Source: Octopus bimaculoides (Eukaryota). Taken from it: a DNA stretch of 64,000 nt. The notes beneath the pieces were generated by a model. That model did no database searches and was not told the DNA's origin. It worked only from the letters and a program-made list of their open reading frames with translations. Each line of letters starts with the position of its first letter. Position 1 is the first letter of the stretch. Of this stretch, positions 40,125 through 51,882 are shown in pieces. The DNA is taken from NCBI RefSeq assembly GCF_001194135.2, contig NC_068984.1, positions 20,008,264 to 20,072,263 of the forward strand, given 5' to 3'. A program made the position numbers and the translations under genes.

Positions 40125-40290
40125 GGAGAATTCACAAAAAAGACAAACAAAAGACGAAGACAGGTGGTGTAGAAAACAAACAGATGTATTAGTATAACGC
40201 TCGGGAATTGAAAAAGTCTTTAACGTTTCGAGCCTACGCTCTTCCACAGAAAGGAACACAGAAAGAAACAGGGAGAGAAACAAGCAGAGA
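40125..40290 (-). mobile_element. Penelope-like short repeat with a hammerhead-like motif (40218-40253)
   Basis: Minus strand reads CTTT CTGTGGA A GAGC GTAG GCTC GAAAC GTT AAAG. Confidence 0.6.
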
Positions 40291-40334
40291 AAAAGAATGT
40301 GTGTTGTGGTTAGCGAAGCGATCTATATATCCGT

Positions 40335-40710
40335 GGCACTCAGTCGGTTACGACGACGAGGGTTCCAGTTGATCCGACCAACGGAACAGCCTGCTCGTGA
40401 AATTAACGTGCAAGTGGCTGACACGTGTACCTTTAACGTGGTTCTCGGGGAGATTCAGCGTGGCAAGACAGAGTGTGACAAGGCTGGCCCTTTGAAATAC
40501 AGGGTACAACAGAAACAGGAAGAAAGAGTGAGAGAAAGTTGTGGTGAAAGAGCACAGCAGGGTTCACTCCCTCTACCCGCCTACCGGAGCCTCGTGGAAA
40601 TTTATGTGTTTTCGCTCAATAAACTCTCACAACGCTCGGTCTAGGAATCGAAACTGCGATCCTACGACCGCGAGTCCGTTACCCTTACCACTGAGCCATT
40701 GCGCCTCTAC
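40335..40710 (-). mobile_element. SINE family A copy
   Basis: Colinear with 161-538. Confidence 0.9.
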
Positions 40711-40748
40711 ACACACACACGCACACACACACACACACACATATATAT

Positions 40749-41092
40749 AAACAGTTTGGTTCAGAATCCTTGGTACTCTGAGTTTCAAGCACGTGGCTAG
40801 TCTTCGGCCATTGGAGTCTGAATGACAGTTCGATTGAAGAGAGTCAATGCTTATTACTAGAGTTTAACCTACGACTGATCGAGAAAGGTTACGTGGTATT
40901 GACTACTGTCACTAGCTGTTGTCACTGAATTACCGACATGAATACCACGTGACCTTTGTCGGCCAATCACAGGTTAACGTCCAGTAATAAACATTGATTC
41001 ACTTCAATCGAACTCTCATTCTGACTCCAATGGCCGAAGACTAGCCACGTGCTTGAAACTCAGAGTACCAAGGATTTGAATCAAGCTGTTTT
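40749..41092. mobile_element. Fold-back element: ~150-bp inverted arms and a 40-bp spacer
   Basis: ATCCTTGGTACTCTGAGTTTCAAGCACGTGGCTAGTCTTCGGCCATTGGAGTC (~50 nt) is exactly mirrored. The arms run to 40900 and from 40941. Confidence 0.9.
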
Positions 41093-41156
41093 GATCTATA
41101 CATGTTACTCCCAATAAATGTGTTGAGTGCCCTTTTTTCGTTTGTCTACTCACTCG

Positions 41157-41194
<38 letters not shown>

Positions 41195-41921
41195 NNNNNN
41201 NNNNNNNNNNNNNNNNNNNNNNNNNNNNNNNNNNNNNNNNNNNNNNNNNNNNNNNNNNNNNNNNNNNNNNNNNNNNNNNNNNNNNNNNNNNNNNNNNNNN
41301 NNNNNNNNNNNNNNNNNNNNNNNNNNNNNNNNNNNNNNNNNNNNNNNNNNNNNNNNNNNNNNNNNNNNNNNNNNNNNNNNNNNNNNNNNNNNNNNNNNNN
41401 NNNNNNNNNNNNNNNNNNNNNNNNNNNNNNNNNNNNNNNNNNNNNNNNNNNNNNNNNNNNNNNNNNNNNNNNNNNNNNNNNNNNNNNNNNNNNNNNNNNN
41501 NNNNNNNNNNNNNNNNNNNNNNNNNNNNNNNNNNNNNNNNNNNNNNNNNNNNNNNNNNNNNNNNNNNNNNNNNNNNNNNNNNNNNNNNNNNNNNNNNNNN
41601 NNNNNNNNNNNNNNNNNNNNNNNNNNNNNNNNNNNNNNNNNNNNNNNNNNNNNNNNNNNNNNNNNNNNNNNNNNNNNNNNNNNNNNNNNNNNNNNNNNNN
41701 NNNNNNNNNNNNNNNNNNNNNNNNNNNNNNNNNNNNNNNNNNNNNNNNNNNNNNNNNNNNNNNNNNNNNNNNNNNNNNNNNNNNNNNNNNNNNNNNNNNN
41801 NNNNNNNNNNNNNNNNNNNNNNNNNNNNNNNNNNNNNNNNNNNNNNNNNNNNNNNNNNNNNNNNNNNNNNNNNNNNNNNNNNNNNNNNNNNNNNNNNNNN
41901 NNNNNNNNNNNNNNNNNNNNN

Positions 41922-41956
<35 letters not shown>

Positions 41957-43006
41957 AGAGAGAGAGTGGGAGAGAGAGGGGGTGAGAGAGAGGGGGAGAG
42001 AGAGACGCATAGAGATAGATAGACATACATGTTCGCGCCCCATATTATACAAAATCGGCCAAACGAAATAAAAATCGTCTTTGCGGAATAAAGAAATCAT
42101 CCAGTAGAATGGAAAGTTGCATTAATGCTTTGTGCCCAGTCATAAAAAATGACTAAACAAACTAGAAGTTTCATGCAAAAGGCTTGTTGTTCATCTTGTA
42201 GTAATATCGGTTTGATAGGCTTACTGTGGGAACTGCGATCAATGTCTTTGTTTTTTGTTTATTTTAACTATTTGGCGGTAAGATGAACAGAAAGTTATTG
42301 AAAAGTGTTGTAAAAATGTTATATGGTTATATTGCTACTATTTGCAAGTAAGGCTTCGTAGTGCATAATAACAAGTGTATCAATAAAAAGGCAGCACCAG
42401 CGCCTTGTGTCAGTCCGAGTAAGAATCGGAGAGAAAACTGTGAAGACGATCAAAGTTTGTTTGTTTTTTGGTGGGAGGGGGGATTATTTTGTTTTATACT
42501 CTTTACTCTCTTTTACTCTTTTACTTGTTTCAGTCATTTGACTGCGGCCATGCTGGAGCACCGCCTTTAGTCGAGCAAATTGACCCCAGGACTTTTTCTT
42601 TGTAAGCCTAGTACTTATTCTATTGGTCTCTTTATTCTATCGGTTGTCAAGCGATGTTGGGGGGACAAACACAGACACACAAACACATACACATATATAT
42701 ATATATACATATATAGATGGGCTTCTTTCAGTTTCCGTCTACCGAGATGGAATAAGTCTTTCAGTAATTTTCCCTCACCATTCTTTGCGACTACGCAATC
42801 GCCAATTTAAGAACCAGACGAAGAAATATTTTCATGATACGCTGTAATAAGATATTTTTCCAGTTAATATGCATTGCGTAACATTTTTTCATAAACATAT
42901 TTTAGCCTAGGCCTACTTTCATAGCGAAGCAGAAAATGTTTATTAAACATAAACTTGCAAAGTAATGACTATAATTTAGTACCATAACAATTACTTTTAT
43001 TTAGCT

Positions 43007-43258
43007 CGGTGATGGCGAAACTTTTAAGCCTGGCGTGTCGAAATTTTAATTTCTGTAATAATTCTAGTTAATTAGAATGTCACATGTTTGCGTATTTTAG
43101 GTCTACGTAAATACTTAGGCCTTTTGTAACATGATATTGCAGGGGGATTCATTTGTCTAAGACTATCACATCTCATCTATAAACTCACAATATGTCACTT
43201 AAAAACCCTTTTGAGTGTTGCTGCTGAAATACAGGTCATAGGTTCGCCCCAACTACTG
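43007..43258. mobile_element. Possible decayed hAT MITE
   Basis: Ends CGGTGATGGCGAAACT / AGGTTCGCCCCAACTACTG resemble CAGTGATGGCGAACCT-type hAT TIRs. No TSD recognised. Confidence 0.4.
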
Positions 43259-43557
43259 TGCAAACAAATCCCTTACCTAAGGTACCTGGCCGTGATATAA
43301 ACATAACTACTTCTAAAGAATGTACATCTGTCTTCGTTTATGATTAGTGTTTGGTTCCAAAAAGACACCATGTTAAATGAATTCGTGATAAATGAGTAAT
43401 AGAGCATATGGGAAACAGGATTTCCTTCCGAGGCTCCAAGTTGTCCCCCTAGCTTAGCAAACAGTTTTTAAACACACATGGTATTGTTTCATGTTTGGAA
43501 AAATAAATAGAATAAAAGTAATAAAGTAACAAAATATGATGAGAAAAATAATAAATA

Positions 43558-43726
43558 GGCACAGGAATGGCTGTGTGGTAAGTAGCTTGCTAACCAACCA
43601 CATGGTTCCAGATTCATTCCCACTGCGTGGCACCTTGGGCAACTGTCTTCTACTATAGCCTCGGGCCGACCAAAGCCTTGTGAGTGGATTTGGTAGACGG
43701 AAACTGAAAGAAGCCCGTCGTGTATA

Positions 43727-43791
<65 letters not shown>

Positions 43792-44017
43792 GTGTGTGTG
43801 TGTGTTTGTGTGTCTGTGTTTGTCTCCCCAGCATCGCTTGACAACCGATGCTGGTGTGTCTACGTCCCTGTAACCTAGCGGTTCGGCAAAAGAGACCGAT
43901 AGAATAAGTACTAGGCTTCCAAAGAATAAGTCCTGGGGTCGATTTGCTCGACTAAAGGCGGTGCTCCAGCATGGCCGCAGTCAAATGACTGAAACAAGTA
44001 AAAGAGTAAAAGAGTAA
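43558..44017 (+). mobile_element. CORE-type SINE family D, full length
   Basis: Intact head, CORE-like segment, internal (TA)n(TG)n, and a 3' end with (GTAAAAGA)n. Confidence 0.9.
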
Positions 44018-47000
44018 ATACATTAGTCTGCATCATCTGTTAGGAACAGACGCTTTTAGGGGATTTTTTTCTGTTCTCTGGTGACATGTTGATGGGTAGA
44101 TGCACGTAAATCCGTATAAAATATACGCGTTCTCAGAGCACAGAGATGTAAACACGAACGATAATTAGTTCATTCTGGGTAGCTGAACATCGTGAACTGC
44201 CGCTGGATGGCGCTTTTGCTGACCATGTAGGATCTTTGATTGTTCGCCCATATACCACAGATTAATGCGTGATAAACGTAACATGGTTCACAATTGAGCT
44301 TACCGTGTCATCTCAGATCAGTGAAGAATAAATCAGTGATAAACGATGACAGACGTTTAGTGGGATGTGTGTGGCTATGGCTCAGGTAATGTTATAATCT
44401 TCTGGTTCGAAACGAGTCATGATTAAGAGCACCAAGAAATACGAAGACAGGTTATAATTGACGGCCACATCTATTTCAACACTAATAGAAGACACAAGAA
44501 ACTGGTACAACATGAATAATAATGTTTGAAAATATACAATAGTTCCTCGTGCAGTTGGTACAAGATGAAGTTCGCGGGCGAGAAAGGAACAAGGCATCGT
44601 GTCAAAGCCTTCTGCTGACAAATTTCACCTCCTGAGTTAGCTTAATGGAAATTATTTATTTATAACCGTCGTGAGGTTCCAGCATACCAATGTCAATTTG
44701 GCGCGCTTTGCTGGTCTGGCAAATGGTCTGATTGGATAACTTAAAGCATCCAGTCGGCACAAACAGGTTTGTCAATGCGTGACCAGGTCATGTGACCACT
44801 TGCTGAAACAGGCGTACAAGTTGATATGAGCCTATTTAAGCCTTAACAGCCAAATGGTAAACAAGTTTCTGCTGTAGATGTACTAAAAAGCAATATTTAC
44901 CAGTTACAGAGCGGACCGTAATATCCTAAAATAATTTGGAAGCAGAAGATGTGTATGTTCCAAATTACAACATATTTGTTAATACTGAGTACGTCAGCCA
45001 CAGTTTACCCATAATTCTCTAAGCAAGAGATCGCGTCTACGTGCTTACATATGCGTATTTGTGTCGATGTGCATAGCCTAAATTAGCTATCATTTAGCTG
45101 CGAGATTAATTATCTCAGAGTAAGTTAGCTATACAATAAGAATAAACCATACCAGAAACAAAACTATATACGGTGTTTTGGGGAATATTACTTTTGGGGG
45201 TGAAAGTAGAAGAGAGGTTATTTTTCAATATCAAGCCAACAAAAGATAAAACTTGTTTTCATGTGTGTTTCATTATGAGTAATCTTTCTGAATAACAATG
45301 GACACTATACAATACTACCGAGCCCAGTACAATATACAGCTGGCTTAATTACTTTGCAGTTGCCGTTATTATATAAATTGTGCTACTTCAAAATAATAAC
45401 AAAACGAGGCATTTCATAAAGGAAATAGGAGGGAGAACTATAATGCATAATAAGAGGCGTACAAATATTTTCTAACGTTTAGTTATAATAATTTCTCACT
45501 AATAATAGACTCAATGGTTTTAAACGAAATTGTTGCTTAAATATGGATAGGCGCAGGTGCGGATGTATGATAAGACGCTTGCTTCCCAATCACATGGTTC
45601 CAGGTTCAGTCCCACTGCATGGCATCTTTGGCAAGTGTCTTCTACTATAGCCTTGGGCCGACCAAAGCCTTGTGAGTGGATTTGGTAAACGGAATCTTGT
45701 CGTATATGTGTGCGTGTGCGCACGCGTGTGTGTTTGTGTCTGTGTTTGTCCTCCGCCACTGCTTGACAACCGGTGTTGATGTGTCTACAACCTTGTAACC
45801 TAGCGGTTCGGCAAAAGAGACCGATAGAATAAGTACTAGTTTTTTTAAAAAACAAGTACTGGAGTCGACTCAATCGACTGAAATTTCTTCAAGGCGGTGC
45901 CCCAGCATGGCCGTAGTCTAATGACTGAAACAAGTAAAAGATAAAAGATAAACATGATTTCAGAAAATTTAGAGATGTCGGCGGTGTTTCCAGATATTTC
46001 TGAGTGCATTGCTTTTTATATTAATCATCTTCTAAAATTTATCCGAATAATATACAGAAGTCAGCAGAGAGCTGCAAACTCCTGTGTTATTGTTGTCATT
46101 GTTTTTGTTGCTGTTATCAAAATTCTGATAGTTTCAAAAAGTGATGAAATGGCAATATCAGTAAAGCAAAGATCAAAATGCCATGCAGGATTTAGTTATG
46201 TCATTTAACGGATTTATATATATATATATATATAAGCAATGTTAATTCTCTAAATGAAGTATTAACAGTAACTGCACGATAAAGTGAAGTATATTGCCAC
46301 TTAAATGTGGCTGACCCCTAGGGGTGGATGTTACTGTTGCTTTTAGCCCCAGGAGGACATATCCTCCAGCTGGCTTATCGACACACTACTGTGTCCTGTT
46401 TCCAGTAGTGTGTCGATAAGCCAGCTGGAGNNNNNNNNNNNNNNNNNNNNNNNNNNNNNNNNNNNNNNNNNNNNNNNNNNNNNNNNNNNNNNNNNNNNNN
46501 NNNNNNNNNNNNNNNNNNNNNNNNNNNNNNNNNNNNNNNNNNNNNNNNNNNNNNNNNNNNNNNNNNNNNNNNNNNNNNNNNNNNNNNNNNNNNNNNNNNN
46601 NNNNNNNNNNNNNNNNNNNNNNNNNNNNNNNNNNNNNNNNNNNNNNNNNNNNNNNNNNNNNNNNNNNNNNNNNNNNNNNNNNNNNNNNNNNNNNNNNNNN
46701 NNNNNNNNNNNNNNNNNNNNNNNNNNNNNNNNNNNNNNNNNNNNNNNNNNNNNNNNNNNNNNNNNNNNNNNNNNNNNNNNNNNNNNNNNNNNNNNNNNNN
46801 NNNNNNNNNNNNNNNNNATAACAAGAAAGAATAGAATTTTCCTTTTTGATAACAAATACCGAAACAAGTGGTCTGATGAATGATTGGAGATGAAAGGTAT
46901 GAGAAGGGGGACTTTCCCTTGCCAGCCTAAACCTCATGAACCTCTGCGGATATTTAGAGTGAAGAGAAAAGTGTTACTAAAATAATGTGTAAAGAGGAGT

Positions 47001-47254
47001 AGGTATTGAGTATAATTTCTTAAGAATGGACAGATCCATCATTTTGGTATATGGAATTATTTGTCTGCTCCTATTTCAGTTTACATGTACATGTGTGTGT
47101 GTGTGTGTGTGTATGTGTGCGTGCGTGTGTGCGCGCGTGTGTGTGTGCGCGCGATACTTGTTTTTTTTCGCTATGTTAGCATAAATAGGGATTGCGAAGG
47201 AGGCAGTTGGCGTTTTGATGGACGCAATTCTTTTGGGTCTGCTGTATAAGCCGT

Positions 47255-47745
47255 CGTCATCATCATCATATTTATTATTACTTGGTTTGGCTCAGGTTTG
47301 GTTTTATTCCTGGTAGGATTTACGTGGGTAGCGGGTATCCACAACCTTTCAGTAGACTTTCGAGTGCTGAGACTCCTCCTGATAATCTTTGCTGTCCCTA
47401 AAAGACAAACTTTCTGTAGGAGCTCTTCAGGGCATTCTATTCCAATCTCTTTTAGCCATTTGTCTGTACCTTTGCTTACTATTCCCGACGCACCAATTAT
47501 TATAGGCACGACCTTTACAGTACTCGTTCTCCAAATTCTTCTTATTTCAAATGTTAAGGAATTGTATTTTATTTTTCGTCCTCTTTCTTTTCGATCTTGG
47601 AATCAAACGGGCATAATGAGTCGATTAGTAAGCAACTTCGCTTTTCCATAGCTAAAATTGTTATGTCCGGTCTATTACTTTCTAACTTCTTGCCCGTTAG
47701 AATCGGACAATCTCACAAAATCTTACATTTTTCCGACTCCAGTAT
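47255..47745 (-). mobile_element. RLE-type (R4/HERO/NeSL-like) LINE 3' fragment
   Basis: ILESEKCKIL*DCPILTGKKLESNRPDITIL...LLID...VVPIIIGASGIVSKG...LLQKVCLLGTAKIIRRSL contains the PD..D endonuclease motif. Confidence 0.88.
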
Positions 47746-47748
47746 AAA

Positions 47749-48215
47749 ATAATCGTCGAAAACAAAAATGCAAAGATCCTGTGGGATTTTATGATTCGGT
47801 GCGACCATGAGATAGAGAAGAGAAAGTCAGACATAGTTTTAATTGAGAAAGAAAACAAACTATGCTGGATCATAGGTATAGCATGCCCAGCTGACAACAA
47901 GGTATGCGATAAGGAAGAAAGAAAAGTTGAGAGATATGGCAGGTTAGCTTGGGAAGTTAAGCAGTTGTGGTCGATGGAAAAGGTAGCCGTAGTACCAATA
48001 ACTGCCGGAGCCCAGTGAACAGTGAGCAAAGATCTCGAGAAGTACGTGGGACAAATAGGGGCTGCAATAAGGGTGGAGCAATTGCAGAAAACAGCACTGC
48101 TTGGAACCGCTCGAATACTCCGGAACGTGCGTGATAAAAAAGAGGTGTTACCTTAGTTTACTGGTAGTGAACAGCTGACACTGTAGTACATCTCCAGCGT
48201 TAGAAGCTGTGCAAT
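47749..48215 (+). mobile_element. Second RLE-type LINE 3' fragment (different family) with a (TAA)n tail
   Basis: IVENKNAKILWDFMIRCDHEIEKRKSDIVLIEKENK...VVPITAGAQ*TVSKDLEKY...LQKTALLGTARILR, followed by (TAA)n at 48215-48345. Confidence 0.9.
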
Positions 48216-48231
48216 AATAATAATAATAATG

Positions 48232-48293
<62 letters not shown>

Positions 48294-48860
48294 TAATAAT
48301 AATAATAATTAATTAATAATAATAATAATAATGATAATAATAATAATAACAACAACAACAACAACAACAACAACATTAGCTGCTCATTCTTCAGTTCGTA
48401 TTAACGGAAGTGTACTTCTGGAACAATCAAACTGTAAGATTTGGTAATGCACTAAACAGCAGTGTCCCCGTTGACTTAGTCTCGTTTTCAACTTTGACCT
48501 AATAATTAAAACTGAACGTTGCTGTTATTTGTTTAACATTGTTTCCTTATTTCAGTCTACTCATGGTCAATTCTGTACCGAGACTGACTCACACAGCAAA
48601 GTTGGTCTTTAAATTTGTGTAAATTGATGTGAAAGTCTTTTCATGCTGGGAGATGTGGAAAAGATCATAATGGAAACAAAAGAAAGAGAGAGAGAGAGGG
48701 GGGGAGAGTATACATATGTGTGTGTATGTGTCAGAGAGGGTGGAGGTGCTGGAAGTGTATATGCGGATAAACAAAGAAAAATGAGTATGAAAAAGAGAAT
48801 GAAATTTGATAGAAATGAAAAAACATTTTGTCGTATCGTACATTACCGTTTACTTTAGAC

Positions 48861-49163
48861 CAGTGGTCCTCAACTGGGATCCATTTGGCCCCTGAGAGTC
48901 CATATACTATTATAAAGGCCCTTGAAAAAAGTTTGCTTTAGATGTATGTATTGGTGTGTATTGCAAGAAACAGGCAGGTTTCTTTCTCTAATGTTTTGCA
49001 TAGTTCAACCTACACAAGTTAATGTGTGAAAAGCAAAATAGGAATTTTAAAAGAAGTTACTATAAAACTAGTTTTTAAACATCGAATGACTATGGAAGTC
49101 TACCAGAATAAAATAGTAATTAAAGGGGTCTATAGTTTTTTTTTAAATCATTGAGAACCTCTG
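48861..49163 (-). mobile_element. hAT MITE, same family as 7088-7351
   Basis: Ends CAGTGGTCCTCAAC / TTGAGAACCTCTG. TSD CTTTAGAC on the left and CTTTA[gap] on the right. Confidence 0.85.
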
Positions 49164-49449
49164 CTTTANNNNNNNNNNNNNNNNNNNNNNNNNNNNNNNN
49201 NNNNNNNNNNNNNNNNNNNNNNNNNNNNNNNNNNNNNNNNNNNNNNNNNNNNNNNNNNNNNNNNNNNNNNNNNNNNNNNNNNNNNNNNNNNNNNNNNNNN
49301 NNNNNNNNNNNNNNNNNNNNNNNNNNNNNNNNNNNNNNNNNNNNNNNNNNNNNNNNNNNNNNNNNNNNNNNNNNNNNNNNNNNNNNNNNNNNNNNNNNNN
49401 NNNNNNNNNNNNNTCTCTCTCCCTCTCTCTCTCTCCCTCTTACCGTCTG

Positions 49450-49498
<49 letters not shown>

Positions 49499-49524
49499 TC
49501 ATTCGCCATGTTGAACCGCTGAAA

Positions 49525-49695
49525 TCTACAAGGTTCTTTCATTCTCTCTCTCTCTGTTTATTTTATCTTATTCCTTTCTGTTGAAGAGCTTAGGCTCGAA
49601 ACGTAAAAGACTTTTTCATTTTTCCAGTGAATCAAACTAATATACTTGCTTGTTGTTCATACAGCTGTATTCGTCTTTTGTTGTTCTAGAAATTT
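49525..49695 (+). mobile_element. Penelope-like short repeat with a hammerhead-like motif (49574-49609)
   Basis: CTTT CTGTTGA A GAGC TTAG GCTC GAAAC GTA AAAG. The 3' end abuts (TATC)n. Confidence 0.6.
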
Positions 49696-49725
49696 CAACT
49701 ATCTATCTATCTATCTATCTATCTA

Positions 49726-49777
<52 letters not shown>

Positions 49778-50677
49778 CAAACGTTGAACGGTCTAGCTGT
49801 GACGTTTGGTCCCAGAGAAATTTCTCAAAGACTTGTGTATTAAAAGACATATATGGGAAGTTTCCCCGAAACAAAATAATACGGCTAGCGACATTATATG
49901 TTTGGATATGCATTATAAATGTTTTACACAATTCGTTTTATAAATCTAATATTGTTTGTTTCAAGTGCGTATATTGATTTATCTGTCTACCTAACTAGTA
50001 ATTGGGGATGAATGAAAATCTCACCTATGATATAACATGTAACTGAGGGATGTAACACTTGGACAAGTGTTACATCGTTTACTCTGTTAGTTTGCTCTAT
50101 TAGTACACTCACATGCATACACACACACACATACATTTTTAGTATAATCACCATCAGAAAAACTGTCCGGAGGCGGTGTTCCTATAAGTGTTAATCATGT
50201 AAAAATTTAGCGTGTGGTACATGTGTATAAAATTAAAGGATTTACACAACACAAAAGCTAAAAAGGTGTATCCGGTATCCACAAAGTTGGCTTTTGGCGG
50301 AATATCATATTGACTCTTTTGCATTTATATCTACTTAATCTAAAAAAACAAAGCAAGACATAATCTTATTTAAGAAGATATATTTTCATTGTATTTTGTC
50401 TTCTGCCTTATAACACACACGCACGCGTTGTTCACCATGCTTTGAAATGTGAATTCAGCGAATAACAAGAGACATTCTCTCTTTACAAACCTATAAAAGA
50501 ATTAATTATCATTAAAGAATTCATTAATACACGCGAAAGGTGTTTAGAAAAGGAAAGCCGAATAAATAACTGTAGTCAAATTTAATTACTGTTATCTCAG
50601 CGCCTCCTTTCCTTTCAGTCACCGCACTTTCTATTCTCTCTCCTTTTATCTATCTATCTATCTATGTATCTACCTAT

Positions 50678-51108
50678 CACTTGAAAAGGAAGGTAAGAAT
50701 AGAGAGACAGTTTTTGTCTCGTGAAAGTTTCATTAAAAGGTGGGTGAATGTAGCAAAGATGGTGCGTGCGAGTGACGATACCCCTTTGAGCATGATCCTA
50801 TAAATCGAGAAAAAATTTTTTTTTTTTTTAAAGAGAGAGAGAGAGAGAGAGAGAGCACTTCGCTCTCATGTGTCTATTCCCTGCTGAGGTTACCATGGTC
50901 TTTTCCGTAAGCTTTTCTCTCCATGGATAAACCTAATGTTACCCCATTTTACACAATTGACATTTTCTGTGATATATGATACCCCTTCTTTTTTTTTTTT
51001 GCCCCTACCGATCCCTTTTGATCGGATTTTATTATTTTTTTTTAAGAAAAGCTCTACAGTTGTACTTGTCCCCTCTGTGTGCAGCCCTGTGTGGCTAATA
51101 AAAGAAAG
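50678..51108 (+). mobile_element. Tx1-like LINE 3' fragment, copy 3
   Basis: HLKRKVRIERQFLSRESFIKRWVNVAKMVRASDDTPLSMIL* (50678-50803), with a 3'UTR ending GTGGCTAATAAAAGAAAG. (TATC)n lies on both sides. Confidence 0.8.
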
Positions 51109-51254
51109 TTATCTATCTATCTATCTTTCTTTCTATCTACTTTTCTATGTAACTCTCACGTCTGTATTTCAGTGCTCTCTGAACTCAGTCCAGTGATTAG
51201 ACTAGGAAGTGGATCTCTCACCTTTCTTTCTCTACCCATACATACATACATACA

Positions 51255-51325
<71 letters not shown>

Positions 51326-51783
51326 TTCGTCTAATTTGCAGTTAAGATAACGGAAGGGAAACCAGAAATATCAATATTAAGCATTGTAATTCTATTCAAC
51401 CTTCAGGCATATTTCCTTCAACCCAACACACTTTCAGGACGAACAGGGTGGGGTTTTTTTTTTTTTTCACACAAGGAAAACAATGGCTGAAATATTTGTG
51501 AAATTTGCTTTTGTTCGATATTTCCAAATCAAGTATTTCTGACGATGATGATCATCATCATCATCATGATGATCTTGATGATGGTAGTGATGGTGGTGGT
51601 GGTGATGGTGATGATAATGTTGTTGTTGTTGTTACTGTTAGCGGTGGTGCAGGTGTCTACGATGTTGTCGCTGCCGACATCTTCTATTAGGAGTGGCAAT
51701 AACAAGAGACTCTGCTACTTTTCCATTCCTGTTATTGCCGTTCTGATTCTCTTACATCACATCATGTATTATGCACGCATGCA

Positions 51784-51882
<99 letters not shown>

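Noticed and set aside
44700-44800. E2F-like TTTGGCGCG and palindromic TGACCAGGTCATGTGACC
   Set aside because: Short motifs with no gene context.
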